Positions 39,586-51,331 of a stretch of 64,000 nt of DNA are shown here, piece after piece. Source of the stretch: Prorocentrum cordatum (lineage: Eukaryota). The stretch's first letter is position 1. Every line of letters begins with the position of its first letter. The notes below the pieces were generated by a model. It did no database searches, had not been told where the DNA came from, and was given only the letters and a program-made list of their open reading frames with translations. The DNA lies in contig CAUYUJ010000002.1 in the NCBI GenBank assembly GCA_963575745.1, forward strand, positions 806,001 to 870,000, in the 5' to 3' direction. Made by a program: the position numbers and the translations under genes.

Positions 39586-41989
39586 CCTTTCCGAAGGGTT
39601 TTTGGTAGTTTTTGATGGGGCACGATCAGCGCAACGGGCGCATGGCACAGCTAACGGGATTGATTTATGAAAAGTGTTAACATTCATGGTATGTGATCGC
39701 TCCCGTTCTAGCAATTGTGATGTATGTTTGCCACGGTTTGCGTAAGGGTTGGACTAGTCATTAAAATATTGTGTTCACCTTTTTGCAATTGCGATTCCAC
39801 AATAAATTTAGAGAAGATATTACAATGAAATATAAAATGCCCGAATGGTTCAAAAATGCCTGCCCACACCATAGTCATTCATGATCTTCAAATTACCCCA
39901 GTGAGATCTTACCTCAGAGTTGGAGCCCCGAAGAAAGCAGCATTAGTTGCCATGCCATGCCATGATATGCTGCGCTATGTTATGCAATAAGATTATGATG
40001 TGTTGCGTTGTGTTATGCTATGTTGGGCTCTGTTATGATATGCTGTGTTGCGCTATGTTACGCTACAGTTCAACGATCGCTCCTTGTTTGAATGTCACTC
40101 GGGGGCTGCCTTTGTTCTGCGACGTTACTGTCGTCTCACCAATATCTGGGAATGATACACCGCGAACAGGGACGAGTAATTACGGAAGACGGCTGCTTGA
40201 GTATACCGAAAGAGAGAACAAGAATCGGGAGGTTATCTCAAGCAGATATGGGGTCGTTGCAGTGTTTGGGAGTAGAGGTCTATGGAAGATGGGGGTCCCA
40301 AGCTGTGCAATTAGTCCCTTCATTGGCACGTGAAAAGGCACGCAACCACCATCCACTGATACGGCGGGGTATGGTTCTAAGCTTGCAGCACCGCTTGTGG
40401 GGCTTACTAGGAGTGGATCAGTTTTGAGTGAAATTGGGGATTTGCCCCGGACCCAACTGGAACCAGACCGCCCCCTAGCCAACCTGGAGCCGGTGCCGGC
40501 GTATTCCTCCTCCTCCTTTTTGTTCCTCTTCCTTTTCCTCCTCCTTTCTTGACGTTGCTTAGGCTACCGGCGGCGCATGTGGTTTCACCCAGGCCTTTTT
40601 TGCGAGTTTGCTGCTGCCGTCCAAAGGGAAAAAACCTGACCTAAGATGGAACTACATTAAGATGGAAGAAGCTAAGATGATGTAAAACAACGCTAAGCTC
40701 CGCCCGGGGCAAGCACCACTGCTCGGCGCTTTTATGGTAAAGAATCATGGGTCAATCATCGAAAACATTTTCACCGCGGCCCTTTTCTGAAATTGAACTT
40801 CGGAAATCGATTCGGCACTCAAAAATAATGTTAAAATGAAATTTCTTACGCATATGGAAAACCATGTAATTATTTCATATACAGCATTAATACCATATGG
40901 AAAACCACATGGAAAACGTAATACGATTTCGCAACAAAAACGCAAGAAAACGCGGCACATCTAGCAATTTCAGAATCGCGAAATGTAGAACACAGACAAA
41001 CAAACAGAAACCATGCGCTAACCCACGGCACGGTGCCTTGGCAGAACGAAGCAAATACGCCAAATAGAATATGCCAAACGCATGCAATCATGCGAATGAC
41101 ACGCCAAACGCATACCGAAGAGGGGGGAGGGAGGGAAAGGACGACGAAGCGGGATGATTATGATGTTCCCCATGCAACGTACAATCACAAATATTGCAAG
41201 TCATGTTATTTGTTCTGAAGCAAAATCAAAAACCTGCCGGCGGGGTAGACTAGCTCGAATTCGTTTAGCGTCGTGGAAACGAGGTCGGCGCATTTATAGA
41301 AAATCGTATGTATCATTACCCGTTGTAGCGCCGTTCCCAAGATGCCCCCCCATTCGTAGCAAATGCCCATGATGGTCCGTCGACGTATCTTCGCATGTAG
41401 GTTACGAATTTGTTTTGTAATGGTGCGAAGACAAAATCGCACCATAAGTATTCTAACGCGCAGAGACTTGACGTGATGACGTCGTTGTGGGTACGGTTGT
41501 TCATGATTTTTACCGTTTGTTTAAATTTGTTCCGTCTCTGATCAATTACCATTTTGTTGTTCTACATATTGTTCATATGGCGATGCCGCTAAGATCACAA
41601 ATCAATATTATCATAACTGTCCGAGGGCAGGCAAAATTACCTTCGACGCGTTTTTTTTCTCCACGTTTCCTACGACACAAACCAGTTCACAAACCACATG
41701 TAGACCGACAAGAACGCCGTACTGCCACAGCGGAGATCTGCACAGACCAGCGCTAGAGCCGATCAAACAAAGCACGTATCAACAGTTGTTACACGACATA
41801 TGTTTGCAAAATTAAAGTTTGGATGCGCGGATTTTTGCGTGGATAGCGATTCGGACAAAGATGTCGACCTACCCGGAGAGCTGGACAAAGATGCCGACCT
41901 ACCCGGAGAGGAGCTTGCACCCCGTATCGACGCAGCACTGGGCAAAGTAACCGATGTTACTTCATACCAACATGGTTTCCATCATATGG

Positions 41990-43748
41990 ACAATATGTGG
42001 GGCAGATCAGAACGCCAATGCCGGCCACTACGAGATGCATGTTTCGCAACTTGGAACGTGGAAAGTTTGGGCAAACATCGCACGAAACTTATTGAAATAT
42101 ATGGAGCAGCGCAAACTGTCAATTATATGCATCCAGGAGACAGGGGCCATTGTTTCTGACACGTTCGAGGAGGAAGGGTACCTCATCATCCTATCTGGGA
42201 CGAACAAGGAAATCTCTCGGCGATTCTACTCAGGAGCGGGGTTCATCATCGCCCCACTGGCGAAACAAAGTGCGATCAGCTCCAAGCTCATGTCGGACAG
42301 GGTCGCTTTATTACGCCTTCGTGTCATTGGCGGTATTCTTAACCTTTTTACTGCTTGTGCTCCACAATCAGGACACGACCCAGACGACAGGCGCGCTTTC
42401 TGTGATGAGTTGATCGGCGCATGGCCAAAACAAAGCAACCATACATGCACCATGGCACTCGGCGACTTCAATGCGAAGCTCTTCCAACAGCAGCCGGGAG
42501 AAGACGACATTGTTGGGCGATATGTGTTCGAAAACAAATGGCCGCAACGCAGAGACAATTTGAACTGAGATTTTTTGGCAGAGGCATGCCGAGCCACAAA
42601 CTCAGTTGTTGCCAATGCATTTTTTCGAACATGGGGCAAACCAATTGGTCGCACACTACTCCCCTGACGGCAATGTAACAGAAGACGCCCATGCCAAAGG
42701 TTTCGCTCAAATTGACAATTGCGTGGCGGATGCCCCGCTATTGGAACATATTTCAAACATTGAATCCAACCGTGATGCAACGCTGGCATCACGACATGTC
42801 GCGTTGCAAATTTGGACGTCTATTTCGTTGGACACGCCATGGAAACCCAAAGTTCGGCATTCCACTCGGGGGCAAGCACTCCGCATTGATCGAGCTCTGG
42901 CGGAGATCTACGGCGACGCATTCTGCGGGGCAATGCGCGCGAACACCATCCCTGAAGCTTTAGATCAGCATGCCGAACAAATCAAAAATGCGATGCACTC
43001 CGCTTCAGGGGTCGCCAGCGAGACTGCTAAGCAAGCTTACCGGACATGAATTACACAAGATACATTAAGTTTAGTTGCCAGGGATGCCGCTCGACGCGCC
43101 CGCCGACACGACGAAGAAAAACTACTCTCCAAGGCCATTCGGAACTCCTGGGGAAAAGGATAAACGCACGTGGTTTGATGGCCAACTACACGGCGGCCCC
43201 TGGCGAGCAGCTCGACAGCTTCGGAAAGGCCCCGCAAAGAAACCCACGCAAATCAAATACTCGAATGGGGAACTCGCTGAAAGCAAAGAGCGCGGCAATG
43301 CATTGGCAGATTATTTTGAGCATACGCAATGGAAATTCACGAACCCCAACGCAAAACCTTCAGCTGGATCACACATGGGAGAGACACTTCAAATCAATAT
43401 GGACGCTTTTACAATGGAGGAACTGACCGACGTTCTCAAAAAGATGTCGGTTGGGAAGGCTGCCGGAGCTGATGACGCACCCCCTGAATTCTGGCAGCAC
43501 CTGCTGCGCAACAGGGAGGCACTGGACAACTTATTAGTGTTATGTCAAAAATGCTGGGATCAAAACGACATCCCCACACAATGGAAAACATCATGTGTAA
43601 CGCTGCTCTACAAAGAGGGCGACGCAAGCCTCCCGGCTAACTACAGGCCGATCGCGCTTTTACCAGTTGGCTATAAAGTGGTGGCTTCAATTATACAGAG
43701 ACGCCTGCAAGATGGAGGAGCAGAAACACGCATGTTTTTTTTTTTATA

Positions 43749-43808
<60 letters not shown>

Positions 43809-44880
43809 TCAGACCCGGCAAGAATACAACGCAGGCTATTTCCATCGTGCGTCGAATGATTGGCGCGGCTCACGCCTCTGCCTCATCTGGTTCCTTGGCA
43901 ATTTTTCTGGGTTGGGCAAAAGCTTTTGACAGACTCAAACACGATGAATTGATTACCGCATTGCGCCGATTTGGAATTCCAGAAAGAATGGTAAGTTGCA
44001 TAGCAGGTATATATTCTGAGCGTTTCTTCATCCTCAAAGACGAAGCAGGCAATTCAACAGCAAGAAGACAAAAAGCTGGGATCGCTCAAGGTTGCCCGTT
44101 GCCCCCATATTTATTTATCATTGTTCAATCGGTCACGTTCTTCGATGTCGACAAACAAATGGAAGAGTTGACGTCGACTATCAAAGAACCACCTTTCCTT
44201 ATGGCCACGGACCTCTTGTGCGCAGACGACACAATACTGGCGAGTAGCAGCGCGCACTGAACGTCGTTATCGAAGAAGGGGCTGCCTACGGGCTAGAATT
44301 AAACTGGGACACAACAGTTGCGATGCACATCGAACACAACGGCTGCATTTTTGATCCGTCTGGGAACCCTCTCAAAACAGCGGAGCAGACAATTTACCTC
44401 GGAAGTTTAATCACTGTAGACGCGCCCGCAAAAGCAGAAGTTACCAGACGGATTGGGGAGGCGCAAGGAATTTTCAAAGCGATGCAAAGGTGCTGGTCGC
44501 ATGCGAACATACCCAGGACAAGGAAGCTCGAATTATATAGTGCGATTGTGGTGCCAAAGCTTTTGTATAGCCCCGAATCTATATGGTTGTTGCAAGCTGA
44601 CAAACGTCGTTCGGGCGGTTTCCACGCGCGCTGCCCGAGGAAAAGCATGCCCATCTGATTTTCGTTCATCTCGCGAGTTTCCAACGCGGAAGTCTTGGGA
44701 AAAGCATCTTTTCCCGTTCTGAACGCAATTTTGCTTGAGCGGCAGATCAAACTGTACAATGGCGCATGCAATTTGCCCTCTGACAACTTCAGACTCGCGT
44801 AAACCCAGGAACTGGGAACTCAACCGCAGGCCTGGGAGACCCAAACAACAATGAGCTCGTTGCGTGCGCGATTGCATGGA
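41990..44880 (+). pseudogene. Decayed non-LTR retrotransposon (RTE-like LINE): APE endonuclease + reverse transcriptase
   Basis: Endonuclease motifs FATWNVESL, ICIQET, LGDFNAK, QIDNC. RT motifs KAAGAD, LYKEGD..NYRPIALL, FLGWAKAFD (from FLDW), GIAQGCPLPPYLF, LCADD (from YADD), IYLGS; C-terminal RRPGRPK. Motifs are spread over several frames with stops (e.g. 42566, 44258, 44656) and a T/A tract at 43735-43806. Confidence 0.9.
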
Positions 44881-46162
44881 AGATATGTGGCTCTGATTTC
44901 GCCCCCCCTCCTGCCCCCCCCCTTCTTCGGCCTCGGCTCCTCCCTCCCCTCTTCCTTCGCCCCGTGCCGGCGCGCATTTGGCGTGTCCTTTGTTTTCTTC
45001 GGTTCGCATTTGGCGCGTCTGCCCCCATGCATTCGCACGCGCACTTCGCGCGTTTTGCCCCCGCGCCCCAATGCAAAACTCAAAGCAGCTTCGCGCGCCG
45101 ATGCGCCGTGTGGGCGCCTGGCTTTTGTCCGATGATTTCCACGGATAGGAAAATGTGGCCGAAGTCATTTGCTCAGACATGCCGTTTAACCATTTTGCGA
45201 AATGCCGCTGGCATTGGGAAAGCGTGCGTGGCCGCTTTCGAAGACGCTCTCCAAAACGATGCCCATACCGAATTTTTGGAATGTGCACGCAAACGTTCTG
45301 GCAAGAGCAGTGCCAATAACATCAAAAGTTGCAACCGCCCCCAATCGGAAACGTAAAATGGATATCGGTATGCACGCTGGACTGGCTCTGCCACTTTAGA
45401 GCTCTACCGGCACCCATCGGTTCGGCATTATTTGTCGCAAGCCTTGATTGATTTGGTCGTCGTTCGGTCGCCTGCGCCGCCTCTATTGCGCGGCGGGCCT
45501 TCCCCCATCATCCGGTGGAGCAACCAATGCGTCCGCGCAGACCGCCAAGAGTTGCCTGAGTGCTTGCTGGATGCCACCACCTAGTTTGTATCAATTTAGA
45601 AACCGAAATTACCATTCGCCCGCACGGTGAAGATTATCCCGATCAATATCTCCGCATATTAATTAACGCAAATACACATTGATATGGAAAGTTCTTGCGG
45701 AGACCGCATAAGTAGTTTTTTTCTCGAACCTTAGGCATTATTTCTCTTATTACCGCGGCTCCTGCTACACCGCGCGCCCCGCGGAGGCGAGGCGGGGGAG
45801 TGCGAATGACGACAGCGGATATAATGGTTTGACGTGGGATTCTGGGACAAATTCTTGGATTCAACATGAGCGAGTCCAGGAAGAACGTCTACTCATTAAC
45901 CTAGCCGGGACCCATCAAGTATAACGGTTGGTGCAAATACGTAAGCTGAGCCTTGCACTTGCCTTATTTCGTCAACGGGGTAAACTCTGGGGAACGACGC
46001 CATGATGAGCTCTAACACCCGGACTTACGCCCTACGAACCTTGCAGCGCCGAACCCCGACGGATTGGATACGTTCCGACGGATGACACCCATGATATATT
46101 TGGAATTGTTGTTCGGGAAACACGGCGTGGGTTATCTGTTGGGTTGTGGGGTGCGAAGTACG

Positions 46163-46170
46163 AATATATA

Positions 46171-46241
<71 letters not shown>
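46163..46241. repeat. (TA)n microsatellite
   Basis: Nearly pure TA run. Confidence 0.95.
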
Positions 46242-46243
<2 letters not shown>

Positions 46244-46244
46244 G

Positions 46245-47005
46245 GAATACGACGTCGATTCTAGCTCATTGCATGATGTGGTTGAGCGTGTGAGCCGAGC
46301 AGAACTGCCTGTTGCACAAACTACGCGTTTTTTTGTTCAACCGTTGCTCTCAGGAAGTCTAACACAAAAGTCAGAGGCATCTCGTCAGGAGACTCTTTCC
46401 GACGATTGGTGGCCAAAACCCTTGCAAGATAATATCAATCGTCGTTCAGGGAAAAAGTGTCACCATTGAATTTCGGGCTCTGCAAATACAAGCGGAACTG
46501 ATGCCTGGAAAGATGTATTGGACACGTTTCGGCAACTGTTCGGTATTTGTGGACCCGACGAGTGGGGCCCGGACCTACACGATGTACACTGCAACGCGTG
46601 GGTTGCACAAGCTAGACTGCCATTACGTTTTGGCGACTTGGGTTACGAGACTCTGTTTTTCTGTCGTCAGCTGCGTACTGGTCCAGTTGGGCGGATTCAA
46701 TACGGAGCCTTATCCTTGGATTTCCGACGATCGGTCGAGATATCTTATTCCACTTAACAAACCTGGAGAACGCTCAAAATTTGGCACCGGGGGCTCGACC
46801 CGATTGCCTCCGCGCCGCTGAAGAGGCTGTTCGATTCTGTGACAGTGCCAACTAGAACGACAGACCTCTCTGGGGCACACTTGCGGTCGACAATTCGCCG
46901 CCTGCGCCTCCCCCAATGCCATTGGCTCTAGGTGAATGGACTCACGGATGGCAATTCCATGCGTCCTCAGGCGTACTACGTCGAGCATATACGACGGTGT
47001 TGCGG
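46245..47005 (+). pseudogene. Fragment of a CRE-like (restriction-endonuclease-type) non-LTR retrotransposon ORF with an internal deletion
   Basis: Manual translation gives VALRKSNTKVRGISSGDSFRRLVAKTLAR*..PLNFGL (RT N-terminal blocks, ~46340-46480). It then jumps to post-RT motifs QARLPLRFGDLG, AAYWSSWADS and GEWTHGWQFHAS. The YxDD core is missing; stops and frameshifts present. Confidence 0.7.
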
Positions 47006-47007
47006 CA

Positions 47008-47243
47008 CCAACGGGACTCGCAACTGAACAACGGGACTCGCAACTGGAACAACGGGACTCGCAACTGGCAACAACGGGACCCGCAACTGGCAACAACTCG
47101 ACTCGCAACTGGCAACAACGGGACTCGTAACTGGCAACAACGGGACTCGCAATTGGCAACAACGAGACTCGCAACTGGCACGAGATTCGTAACTGGCAGC
47201 ATCGGGATTCGCAATTGGCAGGCTCGCAATTGGCAGCAACGGG
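47008..47243. repeat. 22-bp minisatellite (GCAACTGGCAACAACGGGACTC), ~11 copies
   Basis: Head-to-tail units, e.g. starting at 47061 and 47083. Confidence 0.9.
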
Positions 47244-47261
47244 GCGCGCAAACGAAGGAAT

Positions 47262-47675
47262 TGTAGAGACGTGCGGCTTTTGCAGGAGATCCCGTTTAAG
47301 CGGGAAAGTCGATAAAAGAAATAGAGTTCGTTTGGGTTAGGCGGGGGAACCGGCCTACCAATTCAGCGGGATCCGGCTTACGCGGGGGAAACAGTTTAAG
47401 CGGGATATCCGGCTCAAGCAGGAGAGCCGGGAGAGCTGGCTTCAAAAAGAAAACTAGGTTTAATGGGAGAGGTCGCTTTTGTGAATGGAACCCGTGTAAT
47501 ACCCTCATATATACTCCTTATCCTTACCTATCCTGCGCCTGGCCGTTTGGGCTCAAATATTGAGATAGATCGATCAGACTTTGATCGTGCGGGAGGGAAA
47601 GATATCCATCTATCCCTCCTTCTCTCTACCAACGGATCAGGGGTTCTGTGCCCTTGTACTTCAACCCCATACACA
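47262..47675 (+). repeat. Putative 5' LTR
   Basis: Ends ...CCATACACA immediately before the PBS. Candidate starts are TGTAGAG (47262) or TGTGAATGG (47480; 8/9 inverted match to the terminal CCATACACA). The partner LTR is not in the window. Confidence 0.55.
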
Positions 47676-47687
47676 GGTTATCAGCCC
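47676..47687 (+). promoter_or_regulatory. Primer-binding site, half-tRNA (anticodon-arm) type: GGTTATCAGCCC
   Basis: Directly follows the CA terminus and precedes gag; resembles the GGTTATG(G/A)GCCC PBS of copia-type elements primed by a 5' fragment of initiator tRNA-Met. Confidence 0.7.
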
Positions 47688-47739
47688 TTTAAAGCTCACC
47701 CTCACCGACTCGCCCGCGGTGACCTCGCATGCGAGCCTG

Positions 47740-49513
47740 ATGGAGCCACTTCGGCGCATGCGCCGCAAGGGTTCCATCGGGGCTTCGCGTCCGAGCTCTC
47801 CCACGGCCCGACGGCTCGGTGACGAGTTGGAGAGCATTAGTGCGGACTGTGTTGGTGTTCCAGATACCCCCCCCAGCTCCGAAGGACCCGAGGCGCGACT
47901 AGCTGCTGAACTTCGCCGCAGCGCCGCCCGCGGGGGGACAGGAGAAGGAGTAGGAACAGGAAGGAAGGAGTTTCACGCGCCGACCTTCGATCCCCCCCCT
48001 CCCTTCCCCGTCGGGAGCAATCCCAACCGCGTCAGGCGAAAGCCTTGCTGGCCTCGACACTCCAGGGCGCTTTCGCGCTAACCGCCGATGGACCTCAGGC
48101 GCAGGGACCCCCAGCCCTGCGAACGTCCCCGTGGCGGAGCACGTAGCCACCTTCGAGGAACTCAGTAGACCAGTGTCGGTACAGCCACAGACGCGGTACC
48201 CCAAGGTATCATCGGATGCGACACCACACACACATGGTCCGAGTCGCAGCTCGTCCGCGCGCAACCGCCGTGGAGCCCCAGGCCCATACGGCGAAAATAG
48301 GTCGAACCCGCGCACTGCCTCTCAGAGGCCACGCACTCCCCGCGACAGGGGACACAGGGAAGCTGACGCTCCCCACCTCTCCATCTCAGACGACCAGCTG
48401 GCGGAGACGTCCGCCGCAGATGACATAGCTGAGCTCAGAGACCAGGTTGAAACCTTCGTGTCCAGGCAATACTCTGGACTACTACAGAGCGTTCAGACGA
48501 ACGCCACCGATACTGCTGCCATACGCCGCGATCTTGACGGCGCCTTAGGGATCATCGATTCCAGGATCGCCGAAGATCGACGCATCATAGGAGAACTGCA
48601 GCACCAGGTTGATCGCGAGGTGTCACACTCAGGTGAACGAACGGCGATGGCCGAGAACCTGCGCAACTATCTCGCGCAGATGGAGCAACAGCTTGTGCTC
48701 GTACGCGACACAGGCGTTTCCGCAGTCAGGATTTTACATGATGAGATCCACGACCAGCTCCGCAACCGACCAACTCCAACCGAGGCCACTGACCTTGGCG
48801 ACGTTCAGTCTCAGATCAATGATCTTCGATCTTATCTGGACCACACTACGGCGACGCTTCGTACCGAAGCACACACCAACTCGTCGAACCTGATCGACAT
48901 GTTGCAGCGCACTGAGAGAGTCATTACTCAAAGGCTTGATGCGACCAACGCTGTCGCGCAGCCACTCGCTAACCGGATCTCTGACATAGAGCAGCGTTTT
49001 CCTGGTGTACAGGACGCCCTGGCAGAGTTGCGTGTCGGACGAGCCCAGACTGATCAGCTGGATTCTCCTCCCACGGTTTACGATTTCGCCCGCCTCACTG
49101 ACAGGTTGCAGGAGGTTCAGAAGGCGGCGGACCACACGCAGTTGGAGCTCTCCCAGGTTATTCATGAAAGAGATACTGAGAAGGTACGTGTAGAGAGTTA
49201 CCTCGCACGTCTGGAAAGCGAGATGGAGGCACAAAGCGCCCGTCTCCGAGCATACGAGCATCGACTTGATCGGTATTCACAACGTTCTCGGGATACTGAT
49301 GAGTATACACGCCAAAAGGTGGGTCAAATACAAGAAGACATGACGAGCTGGACGAATCAGCTGATCGACCACACTCACGACACCAACCTCCACTTTCGAC
49401 ATACAGCCGACCTGCACAGGCCGACGGCAGCGTCCGCCGAAGCACCACAAGTTTCTGCAGGACAACAACGACGTACGTCCCCAGGAGAAGCCTCCGCGGC
49501 AGCTTCTGCATAG
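47740..49513 (+). CDS. gag: Gag N-terminal region, long predicted coiled coil (interrupted)
   Basis: ORF 48131-49513 is rich in L/E/Q/R heptads. The probable true start is ATG 47740 (MEPLRRMRR), joined by a frameshift in the C-run at ~47992-48003. It ends in TAG 49511, in frame with the next ORF. Confidence 0.6.
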
Positions 49514-51331
49514 ACACGTCATGTGTCTCCTGTGCGCACAGAACCAACCACTGACGGTGCACCGATACCCTCACAACCATTGTCTGCGGTGTCGGTCCAT
49601 ACAACAACTCCTATCAAGGAGTCAGACACCGTCCGAGTACCTGTCTTGCCTAAGATCACGCAGCTGCTGGAGTGGCAGCAAAGAGTGCGGAAGAACTTCG
49701 GGGCCGCCTCAGGGCGACCATCCAAAGCATGCGCCTTCCTATGCGTGGCAGAACAGCCCGAATGTACATTCGAGGATTTACAAGACAGTGGAGACTTTGA
49801 GAGCATCGATTGCAAACTCGCAACCGCTCTGAGCGACATCTTATCCTCAGACTTACGCTACCAAACCAGGCTCATCGAGACCAGAGAACACAAAGCAGGA
49901 CGCATGCTCAAAGGACGCCAGCTATACCGGCATATCCTGCAGTCCTACAAAGTGACAGAAGTTGACGACGACCTGCACGATTTTGAGCGCCTTAAAGAAT
50001 TGAGGATGAGAGATGACGATTTGCAACGTTTCATTACCGATTGGGACGCCTTACTCTTGGAATGCCGAGAAGTACCCGATCCAAAGATATTGGAATCGCT
50101 ATTTCGTACACAGATTCGTAGACATGCATGGATGAAACAAGACATGTACGAGTACCAGCGCATGAAGATGAGCGACCCGAATCGTACCTACGGTTGGCTT
50201 CGACAGCGTGTCCTGGACTTACTGGAGATTAAACAATTGGAGAAGAATCAAAACAAGCTACGGTACGAACATGAGACACGATCTCAGGTCAACGTGTGCG
50301 CTGCATGGAAGAAAGGTAATTGTCGCAGCGGTGAACGGTGCAAGGCTTTACATACATATTCCAGGGATTGGAAGAACAACGAATCTTCCAGAACATCAAC
50401 GGCTGGTGGCAACCCCCGCCGTAGTATGTCCACTCCTGCGAATCACAAGAAGCCAGCATCGAAACCATTCTGCTTCGATTTCGCCAAGCGCAACACATGT
50501 ACCAGAGGTGATAAGTGCAACTTCCCACACGTCGCACAGTGCAAAGATTTCGCACAGAATAAGTGCACAAAAGGCGACAAATGCAAATACGCTCATCTTG
50601 CACCTGGTGCAAAGACTCCTGAACGAAGCCCGAGTCGACCACGGACTTCCAGCCAGGATAGCCGTGGCCGATCACCATCCCGCGGATCAGGAAGCCAACG
50701 GTCTTCACAACGCGGGGGGTCTCGCTACGCAAGCGAATCACGACATGGACGTGACAGCCGACGCCAATACGACCGATCCCGTTCGACATCTAGGAGGTCC
50801 CAAGACTCTCGCAGCCAATCGAGAAGTCGTTACGACAGATCTTCGAGATCTACCTCCCGAGGACGAGACAATCGTGGCGGCGGACGCGGCAGTCCACACG
50901 GCCGTGACAGATCATATGGTAGTGACAAAGGACGTGGCAAACGGTATCCGAGCCGCGGATCGCCCCGTGGTTCTCCCAACGCCAGAGCACGTTCTCCTGC
51001 CAAGTTTCGACGTTCACGCCTTTCAGACCGCAGTTACGTCATCCGTGACAAGACCCCCATGGCCAACACCAAGGCCACAGCGACATCTACCAAGACACGT
51101 CGTCGGATACGCTTCGACGTGCGCAACGTGGATTACTATTTCCATACCATATCTGGCAGAGCCAGACTGGATACATGGAAAGAGCTGCCGAACGAGGGTG
51201 ACATCGTCAAAGTACCAGATCCATTACCACAACGATGGTGGGATGAAAGTGCAGATGCCTTACGAGAATGTCAAAAAGAGGCGCAACTATGGTATGACGA
51301 ACTATATGACTACCGACACAACAAAGAGTAG
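49514..51331 (+). CDS. gag: Gag core with three CCCH zinc fingers and an Arg/Ser-rich region
   Basis: Helical capsid-like core (LKGRQLYRHIL...LQRFITDWDALL...LESLFRTQI). CCCH fingers at 50297-50353, 50471-50530 and 50540-50596; RS-rich tract ~50620-51030. Lies directly upstream of the protease in the same frame. Confidence 0.75.
   Translation, partial: TRHVSPVRTEPTTDGAPIPSQPLSAVSVHTTTPIKESDTVRVPVLPKITQLLEWQQRVRKNFGAASGRPSKACAFLCVAEQPECTFEDLQDSGDFESIDCKLATALSDILSSDLRYQTRLIETREHKAGRMLKGRQLYRHILQSYKVTEVDDDLHDFERLKELRMRDDDLQRFITDWDALLLECREVPDPKILESLFRTQIRRHAWMKQDMYEYQRMKMSDPNRTYGWLRQRVLDLLEIKQLEKNQNKLRYEHETRSQVNVCAAWKKGNCRSGERCKALHTYSRDWKNNESSRTSTAGGNPRRSMSTPANHKKPASKPFCFDFAKRNTCTRGDKCNFPHVAQCKDFAQNKCTKGDKCKYAHLAPGAKTPERSPSRPRTSSQDSRGRSPSRGSGSQRSSQRGGSRYASESRHGRDSRRQYDRSRSTSRRSQDSRSQSRSRYDRSSRSTSRGRDNRGGGRGSPHGRDRSYGSDKGRGKRYPSRGSPRGSPNARARSPAKFRRSRLSDRSYVIRDKTPMANTKATATSTKTRRRIRFDVRNVDYYFHTISGRARLDTWKELPNEGDIVKVPDPLPQRWWDESADALRECQKEAQLWYDELYDYRHNKE

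Noticed and set aside
36500..41760. Short ORFs in the AT-richer unique segments flanking the 101-bp array
   Set aside because: No recognisable motifs or consistent frame; no tRNA/rRNA-like sequence recognised.
41853..41910. 30-bp tandem duplication upstream of the LINE (similar two-copy repeats at ~13354-13423 and ~19003-19112)
   Set aside because: Simple local duplications with no further structure.
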